From contig NIVC01004640.1 of assembly GCA_002269645.1 (NCBI GenBank), positions 1 through 39,876 of the forward strand: a DNA stretch of 39,876 nucleotides, given 5' to 3'. The position numbers and the translations under genes are program-made. The stretch is from Macrostomum lignano (Eukaryota). Below, piece after piece: positions 30,945-39,876 of this stretch. The first letter of the stretch is position 1. Each line of letters starts with the position of its first letter. The notes beneath the pieces are model-generated. The model did no database searches, was not told the origin of the DNA, and saw only the letters and a program-made list of their open reading frames with translations.

Positions 30945-31923
30945 GATGGGATGGGGCGATTCTTGATTGGGATGGGGCGATTCTTGATTGGGATGGGGCG
31001 ATTCTTGGATGGGATGGGGCGATTCTTGATTGGGATGGGGCGATTCTTGATTGGGATGGGGCGATTCTTGGGGATGGGATTCTTGGGGCGATTCTTGATT
31101 GGGATGGGGCGATTCTTGATTGGGATGGGGCGATTCTTGGGGGGGCGATTCTTGATTGGGATGGGGCGATTCTTGATTGGGATGGGGCGATTCTTGATTG
31201 GGATGGGGTGATTCTTGATTGGGATGGGGCGATTCTTGATTTGGATGGGGCGATTCTTGGATGGGATGGGGCAATTCTTGGATGGGATGGGGCGATTCTT
31301 GATTTGGATGGGGCGATTCTTGATTGGGATGGGGCGATTCTTGGATGGGATGGGGCGATTCTTGATTGGGATGGGGCGATTCTTGGATGGGATGGGGCGA
31401 TTCTTGATTGGGATGGGGCGATTCTTGATTGGGATGGGGCGATTCTTGGATGGGATGGGCGATTCTTGATTGGGATGGGGCGATTCTTGATTTGGATGGG
31501 GCGATTCTTGATTGGGATGGGGCGATTCTTGATTTGGATGGGGCGATTCTTGATTGGGATGGGGCAATTCTTGGATGGGATGGGGCGATTCTTGATTGGG
31601 ATGGGGCGATTCTTGATTTGGATGGGGCGATTCTTGATTGGGATGGGGCGATTCTTGATTGGGATGGGGCGATTCTTGATTGGGATGGGGTGATTCTTGA
31701 TTGGGATGGGGCGATTCTTGATTTGGATGGGGCGATTCTTGGATGGGATGGGGCAATTCTTGGATGGGATGGGGCGATTCTTGATTTGGATGGGGCGATT
31801 CTTGATTGGGATGGGGCGATTCTTGATTGGGATGGGGCGATTCTTGATTGGGATGGGGCGATTCTTGATTTGGATGGGGCGATTCTTGATTGGGATGGGG
31901 CGATTCTTGATAGGGATGGGGCG
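30945..31923. repeat. 21-bp G-rich minisatellite (GGGATGGGGCGATTCTTGATT)
   Basis: About 46 copies just downstream of the membrane-protein stop codon. Confidence 0.97.
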
Positions 31924-32079
31924 GTTCAAGAGGTATGAAGAAGCAATTTTCTGGTAGCGCGAAAGGCAGACTATTCCAATTTTAAATATATTCGTCGAAT
32001 GAATAATAGCGAAGCACACATTTCGCGGCGGAAGAAGACGGGCGAAAGCAGTAGCAACATCCAGCGGGCGGCTACGCAT

Positions 32080-35000
32080 TCACAAATCCGTTCTCTCAGG
32101 GTGCATGCAGGAGGCGTAGGACGGCGGCAGGGTGGTTGAGACCTCTTCCAGCGGCGGCGTCACCGCATCCCGACCGTGCGGCGCTCTGCCGCCCGTTTTG
32201 CCGCCGCGATGCCGCGAATTTGACGACGGAGCGGCGAAGGCAACGGCGGCGGCGCCGGGATCGCCTGTAGGGTTGAGCAACTCGTCCGCGGCGCCGTCAA
32301 AGTCGTAGACGATGCCGCCGCCGCCGCCGGCGCCGCCGAGGCCGATGCCGGCGTGTCTCGGACTCGGCGCCGGCGCCTTGCAGCAGCGGCGCATGCAGGC
32401 GATTCGTTGCCTGCGAAATACGCTGTCCAAGGCTAGCAGGACCAGTATGATGAGCCCGGCGCCAAGGACCACTATGAATACCTGGACGGGATGCCATGAT
32501 AATATGGTATACGGCTCCGGTTCAAGACTTTGTTTTTCGGGTAGAGGCGGTTCTCATTGGGATGGGAGCGATTCTCATTGGGGTGGGGGCGATTCTCATT
32601 GGAATGGGAGCGATTCTCATTGGGGTGGGGGCGATTCTCATTGGAATGGGAGCGATTCTCATTGGGGTGGGGGCGATTCTCATTGGGATGGGGGCGATTC
32701 TCATTGGGATGGGGGCGATTCTCATTGGGGTGGGGGCGATTCTCATTGGGGTGGGGGCGATTCTCATTGGGATGGGGGCGATTCTCATTGGGATGGGGGC
32801 GATTCTCATTGGGATGGGGGCGATTCTCATTGGGGTGGGGGCGATTCTCATTGGGATGGGGGCGATTCTCATTGGGGTGGGGGCGATTCTCATTGGAATG
32901 GGAGCGATTCTCATTGGGGTGGGGGCGATTCTCATTGGGATGGGGGCGATTCTCATTGGGATGGGGGCGATTCTCATTGGGATGGGGGCGATTCTCATTG
33001 GGATGGGGGCGATTCTCATTGGGATGGGAGCGATTCTCATTGGGGTGGGGGCGATTCTCATTGGAATGGGAGCGATTCTCATTGGGGTGGGGGCGATTCT
33101 CATTGGAATGGGAGCGATTCTCATTGGGATGGGAGCGATTCTCATTGGAATGGGAGCGATTCTCATTGGAATGGGAGCGATTCTCATTGGGATGGGGGCG
33201 ATTCTCATTGGGATGGGGGCGATTCTCATTGGGGTGGGGGCGATTCTCATTGGGGTGGGGGCGATTCTCATTGGAATGGGAGCGATTCTCATTGGGATGG
33301 GAGCGATTCTCATTGGAATGGGAGCGATTCTCATTGGAATGGGAGCGATTCTCATTGGGATGGGGGCGATTCTCATTGGGATGGGGGCGATTCTCATTGG
33401 GATGGGAGCGATTCTCATTGGGATAAGGGCGATTCTCATTGGGATGGGGGCGATTCTCATTGGAATGGGAGCGATTCTCATTGGGGTGGGGGCGATTCTC
33501 ATTGGGGTGGGGGCGATTCTCATTGGGATGGGGGCGATTCTCATTGGGATGGGGGCGATTCTCATTGGGATGGGGGCGATTCTCATTGGGGTGGGGGCGA
33601 TTCTCATTGGGATGGGGGCGATTCTCATTGGGGTGGGGGCGATTCTCATTGGAATGGGAGCGATTCTCATTGGGTGGGGGCGATTCTCATTGGGATGGGG
33701 GCGATTCTCATTGGGATGGGGGCGATTCTCATTGGAATGGGGGCGATTCTCATTGGGATGGGAGCGATTCTCATTGGAATGGGGGCGATTCTCATTGGGA
33801 TGGGAGCGATTCTCATTGGGATGGGAGCGATTCTCATTGGAATGGGGGCGATTCTCATTGGGATGGGAGCGATTCTTACTGGGATGGGAGCGATTCTTAC
33901 TGGGATGGGGCGATTCTCATTGGGATGGGGGCGATTCTCATTGGGATGGGAGCGATTCTCATTGGAATGGGGGCGATTCTCATTGGGATGGGAGCGATTC
34001 TTACTGGGATGGGAGCGATTCTTACTGGGATGGGGCGATTCTCATTGGGATGGGGGCGATTCTAATTGGGATGGGAGCGATTCTCATTGGAATGGGGGCG
34101 ATTCTCATTGGGGTGGGGGCGATTCTCAGTGGGATGGGAGCGATTCTCATTGGGATGGGGGCGATTCTCATTGGGATGGGAGCGATTCTTACTGGGATGG
34201 GAGCGATTCTTACTGGGATGGGACGATTCTCATTGGGATGGGAGCGATTCTCATTGGGATGGGAGCGATTCTTACTGGGATGGGAGCGATTCTTACTGGG
34301 ATGGGAGCGATTCTTACTGGGATGGGGCGATTCTCATTGGGATGGGAGCGATTCTCATTGGGATGGGAGCGATTCTTACTGGGATGAGAGCGATTCTCAT
34401 TGGAATGGGGGCGATTCTCATTGGAATGGGGGCGATTCTCATTGGGATGAGAGCGATTCTCATTGGGATGGGAGCGATTCTTACTGGGTTGGGGCGAATT
34501 TCATTGGGGTGGGGGCGATTCTCATTGGGATGGGAGCGATTCTTACTGGGATGGGGCGATTCTCATTGGGGTGGGGGCGATTCTCATTGGAATGGGAGCG
34601 ATTCTCATTGGGATGGGGGCGATTCTCATTGGGATGGGGGCGATTCTCATTGGGATGGGAGCGATTCTCATTGGGATAAGGGCGATTCTCATTGGGATGG
34701 GGGCGATTCTCATTGGAATGGGAGCGATTCTCATTGGGGTGGGGGCGATTCTCATTGGGGTGGGGGCGATTCTCATTGGGATGGGGGCGATTCTCATTGG
34801 GATGGGGGCGATTCTCATTGGGATGGGGGCGATTCTCATTGGGGTGGGGGCGATTCTCATTGGGATGGGGGCGATTCTCATTGGGGTGGGGGCGATTCTC
34901 ATTGGAATGGGAGCGATTCTCATTGGGTGTGGGGCGATTCTCATTGGGATGGGGGCGATTCTCATTGGGATGGGGGCGATTCTCATTGGGATGGGGGCGA

Positions 35001-37556
35001 TTCTCATTGGGATGGGGGCGATTCTCATTGGGATGGGAGCGATTCTCATTGGGATGGGGGCGATTCTCATTGGAATGGGAGCGATTCTCATTGGGGTGGG
35101 GGCGATTCTCATTGGAATGGGAGCGATTCTCATTGGGATGGGAGCGATTCTCATTGGAATGGGAGCGATTCTCATTGGAATGGGAGCGATTCTCATTGGG
35201 ATGGGGGCGATTCTCATTGGGATGGGGGCGATTCTCATTGGGGTGGGGGCGATTCTCATTGGGGTGGGGGCGATTCTCATTGGAATGGGAGCGATTCTCA
35301 TTGGGATGGGAGCGATTCTCATTGGAATGGGAGCGATTCTCATTGGAATGGGAGCGATTCTCATTGGGATGGGGGCGATTCTCATTGGGATGGGGGCGAT
35401 TCTCATTGGGATGGGAGCGATTCTCATTGGGATAAGGGCGATTCTCATTGGGATGGGGGCGATTCTCATTGGAATGGGAGCGATTCTCATTGGGGTGGGG
35501 GCGATTCTCATTGGAATGGGAGCGATTCTCATTGGGATGGGAGCGATTCTCATTGGAATGGGAGCGATTCTCATTGGAATGGGAGCGATTCTCATTGGGA
35601 TGGGGGCGATTCTCATTGGGATGGGGGCGATTCTCATTGGGATGGGAGCGATTCTCATTGGGATAGGGGCGATTCTCATTGGGATGGGGGCGATTCTCAT
35701 TGGGATGGGAGCGATTCTCATTGGAATGGGAGCGATTCTCATTGGGATGGGAGCGATTCTCATTGGAATGGGGGCGATTCTCATTGGGATGGGAGCGATT
35801 CTTACTGGGATGGGAGCGATTCTCATTGGGATGGGAGCGATTCTCATTGGGATGGGGGCGATTCTCATTGGGATGGGAGCGATTCTCATTGGAATGGGGG
35901 CGATTCTCATTGGGATGGGAGCGATTCTTACTGGGATGGGAGCGATTCTCATTGGAATGGGGGCGATTCTCATTGGGATGGGGGCGATTCTCATTGGGAT
36001 GGGGGCGATTCTCATTGGGATGGGAGCGATTCTCATTGGAATGGGAGCGATTCTCATTGGAATGGGAGCGATTATTATTGGAATGGGAGCGATTCTCATT
36101 GGGATGGGAGCGATTCTCGTTGGGATGGGGGCGATTCTCATTGAGATGGGAGCGATTCTCATTGGGATGGGAGCGATTCTCATTGGAATGGGGGCGATTC
36201 TCATTGGGATGGGAGCGATTCTCATTGGGATGGGAGCGATTCTCATTGGAATGGGGGCGATTCTCATTGGGATGGGAGCGATTCTCATTGGGATGGGAGC
36301 GATTCTCATTGGAATGGGGGCGATTCTCATTGGGATGGGAGCGATTCTTACTGGGATGGGAGCGATTCTTACTGGGATGGGGCGATTCTCATTGGGATGG
36401 GGGCGATTCTCATTGGGATGGGAGCGATTCTCATTGGAATGGGGGCGATTCTCATTGGGATGGGAGCGATTCTTACTGGGATGGGAGCGATTCTTACTGG
36501 GATGGGGCGATTCTCATTGGGATGGGGGCGATTCTAATTGGGATGGGAGCGATTCTCATTGGAATGGGGGCGATTCTCATTGGGGTGGGGGCGATTCTCA
36601 GTGGGATGGGAGCGATTCTCATTGGGATGGGGGCGATTCTCATTGGGATGGGAGCGATTCTTACTGGGATGGGAGCGATTCTTACTGGGATGGGACGATT
36701 CTCATTGGGATGGGAGCGATTCTCATTGGATGGGAGCGATTCTTACTGGGATGGGAGCGATTCTTACTGGGATGGGAGCGATTCTTACTGGGATGGGGCG
36801 ATTCTCATTGGGATGGGAGCGATTCTCATTGGGATGGGAGCGATTCTTACTGGGATGAGAGCGATTCTCATTGGAATGGGGGCGATTCTCATTGGAATGG
36901 GGCGCGATTCTCATTGGGATGAGAGCGATTCTCATTGGGATGGGAGCGATTCTTACTGGGTTGGGGCGAATTTCATTGGGGTGGGGGCGATTCTCATTGG
37001 GATGGGAGCGATTCTTACTGGGATGGGGCGATTCTCATTGGGGTGGGGGCGATTCTCATTGGGATGGGAGCGATTCTTACTGGGATGGGGCGATTCTCAT
37101 TGGGGTGGGGGCGATTCTCAGTGGGATGGAGCGATTCTGATTGGGGTGGGGGCGATTCTCAGTGAGATTATCAGTCAAGTGGAGACTCTTGCCTAGACTT
37201 CAGTAAGTGGTTATAAATCAATAATCATCCAAAATAAACAAACCTGGGTCTGAGAGACATCCGAAAACAGTCCACCACTGTTGCCGCCGGCGGCCTCGGG
37301 CGCCGCAGCAGGTCTCGTGGTCGTGGCTGCGTCGGCACTGCACAGGCTGTCGAACACGGAGCTGGTGCAATTAGTAGTTGCCGCCTGGTCAGGCCGGGCA
37401 GTCAGCTCGCCGACCTGTTCGCCGGTTTTGGAAGCGGCTGCCGCCAGAGCCCGCGAGCACATGGCGCAGAACTGGGCCCGTCTGCCAGGCAGCCCGGCCT
37501 GCGGCGTTGGCAGCGGCTGTGGCTGCTGCTGGCGCATTGGCGATTGGCTACAGTAG
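32080..37556 (-). CDS. Single-pass membrane protein with cytoplasmic PPxY motif; exons ~37556/37537-37244 and 32481-32080; possible upstream exon 39202-39156
   Basis: Phase-0 junction CAG|GTTTGT (37244) to CCAG|GTA (32481) joins ..DVSQTQ to the TM VFIVVLGAGLIILVLLAL, followed by basic/Cys RRQRIACMRRCCK and a tail ending TLPPSYASCMHPERTDL. The upstream exon has several Cys, an NCT sequon and a Thr/Ala stalk. The start is uncertain because of an in-frame TAA at 37562-37564. Confidence 0.72.
32548..37162. repeat. 4.6-kb intronic 21-bp G-rich minisatellite (GGGATGGGGGCGATTCTCATT)
   Basis: About 220 copies filling nearly the whole intron 37243-32482. Confidence 0.98.
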
Positions 37557-37654
37557 CTGGATTACTGGCCACCGGAGTCCGCTTGAAGGAGTTCAAATCA
37601 GCGATAATTGCATTGCTGTGTTCAGGGTGTGTTGATTCCAAGTAAAATAATCCC

Positions 37655-37990
37655 CAGATATCCCAATTCAGATTCCCCAGATATCCCAAATAAGATTCCT
37701 CAGATATCCCAATCCAAATTCCCCAGTTATTGAAATCCCAATCTCAATTCACATTCCCCAGTTATTGAAATTGCAATCTCAATTCAGATTCCCCAGTTAT
37801 TGAAATCCCAATCTCAATTCACATTCCCCAGTTATTGAAATTGCAATCTCAATTCAGATTCCCCAGTTATTGAAATCCCAATCTCAATTCACATTCCCCA
37901 GTTATTGAAATCCCAATCTCAATTTAGATTCCCTAGTTATTGAAATCCCAATCTCAATTCAGATTCCCCAGTTATTGAAATCCCAATCTC
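37655..37990. repeat. 35-bp minisatellite (TTCCCCAGTTATTGAAATCCCAATCTCAATTCACA), preceded by shorter related CCCAGATATCCCAA units
   Basis: Period 35 confirmed at 37726/37761/37796. Confidence 0.92.
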
Positions 37991-38334
37991 CATGCATGCT
38001 GGCAACAATTGCAATAATCTACTAAGGAAATGAGCTGAAAAATCCAGGCACTTCTATTCTTCCTAGGCGTGGCGCAAATCCCATCTGCCAAGGTGCTGCG
38101 CCGCGCCGAATAAGCTTTTCAAAGCTGATATTGTCCCTTCTCTAGTCTACTGTTTACTGGTCTATATTGTCCTAAAAGCGGCATATTACTATTTTCAATA
38201 CGATTGTATCAATTAGACAAAATACTATGTGGGGACTCGGATGGCCTTCAAACAGAATGAAACAAAATTTGTTATGAATTTGACAGATTTTTACATGACA
38301 GGAAACGAGGCAAATAAACATGGATAGACACAGA

Positions 38335-39060
38335 CGGCAGACACAGACAGACAGACAGACACTAAGACAGTCGGACAGGCAGACACTAAGACAGTCGGAC
38401 AGGCAGACACAAAGTCAGACGGACAGACAGACACAAAGTCAGACGGACAGACAGACACTAAGACAGTCGGACAGACAGACACTAAGACAGACGGACAGAC
38501 AGACACTAAGACAGTCGGACAGGCAGACACAAAGTCAGACGGACAGACAGACACAAAGTCAGACGGACAGACAGACACTAAGACAGTCGGACAGACAGAC
38601 ACTAAGACAGTCGGACAGACAGACACTAAGTCAGACGGACAGACAGACACTAAGACAGTCGGACAGGCAGACACAAAGTCAGACGGACAGACAGACACTA
38701 AGACAGTCGGACAGACAGACACTAAGTCAGACACAGACAGACAGACACTAAGTCAGACGGACAGACAGACACTAAGACAGTCGGACAGACAGACACTAAG
38801 TCAGATATTAAGACAGACAGACAGACAGACAGACAAACAAACAAACAAACAAAAAGACAGACAGACAGACAGAGAGACAGACAGACAAAACGAAAAGACA
38901 GACAGACAGACAGAGAGACAGACAGACAAAACGAAAAGACAGACACTAAGATAGACAGCAGACAGAGAGACAGACAGGCAAGCAGACACTAAGACAGACA
39001 GACAGACAGACAAAAGCAGAGACAAACAAACAAAAAGACAGACAGACAACAAACAGACAC
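38335..39060. repeat. Degenerate GACA microsatellite with a 24-bp higher-order unit (CAGACACTAAGACAGTCGGACAGA)
   Basis: 24-bp units at 38350-38800, then irregular GACA/AACA/GAGA. Confidence 0.92.
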
Positions 39061-39876
39061 ACAGACCAGGTCAGGATCAGCAATAGGATATAAATCACAC
39101 AAGCAGCTTAGCCCCTAAGCGACACAGGACATTTTTCTGTCTCACCTAAAAATACCGTCCGCCAGCAAAGCAAGCGAAGCCAGACAACGCGAGTAAAATT
39201 AGCTAGAAACAGAAAGAGAAGACGAAAAGCCAGAAAGTCACAAGCAGATGAGCAGAAGCCGCGCCGAGAGCTTTAAAATGGCCCAAGAGATGGGGTGGGG
39301 CTGCAGGGAGACTAAAGCCGCTCGTTTTACAAAAAGAGAGGAGGCGGATGAAGCGAGGCCGTGTCGAACAGTAATATATAGTGAAGCTGCGGGGCCCGTC
39401 TCTACAGATAGAGTTAATAGAAGAGAGACACGGCGGCTCCGTGTGCAACAGTGAGACACACTGCGACAGGCGCCCAAGCCAATGATAAATGAAAGGTGGG
39501 GATTGAGAGCGGGAAAGAGAGATTCTACTTTCGCCTTTGAATTCAGAGATAAGGAGTCACGTGCTCAGCTATAGGGCACGGGGAGTAAATGAGAACAGAT
39601 GGACTGCCTCTCTAGCCGATCCTAATTATCGCAATTAAACTTTTTTTCTAAGGGAAATTGCTTCATTACTGACCATAAATGGAAGGTGACCAGCTTACAG
39701 CCATCTATTTACCAGTAATAAGAGCAATATCGTATTGTATAAGAAGCGTGTGAACTCTGACAATGGAGACAATAGGAATTCTTTAATGGCCAGCCCAAGC
39801 AACGAACAAAGAAGCATCAGAGTAACAAAGAAGCATTTATTCCGACAGACAATTCACATTCAGTCCGAGACTTGAA

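Noticed and set aside
30880-37196. Very long ORFs (GGDSHWD, GAILIGM, MRIAPIP, KNRPIPI repeats) as repetitive proteins
   Set aside because: They are open in several frames and on both strands because the 21-bp unit lacks stops. Frames drift at indels, and the larger array lies inside a well-defined intron.

Overview
Eukaryotic (metazoan) genomic DNA with GC-rich exons, spliceosomal introns and a very high density of micro- and minisatellites. This style suggests a free-living flatworm such as Macrostomum, which is an inference only. Contents from left to right: (1) a full-length, TSD-flanked LOA-clade non-LTR retrotransposon on the minus strand (463-6255), whose five frameshifts are all explicable as single-base losses in C/G runs; (2) a 7-exon ankyrin-repeat TRPA-like channel gene (+, 10326-17120); (3) a single-exon-CDS neuropeptide-like precursor (-, 20290-20598); (4) a 3-exon TPPP/p25-alpha gene (-, 26646-27797); (5) a degenerate tRNA-like/SINE head (30217-30291); (6) a single-pass membrane protein gene with a PPxY tail (-, 32080-37556, perhaps to 39202) whose intron is a 4.6-kb G-rich 21-bp array. 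About 20 distinct tandem arrays fill most introns and intergenic spaces and account for most long ORFs in the supplied track. No CRISPR array or prokaryotic system is supported. All calls come from manual reading; no searches were run.
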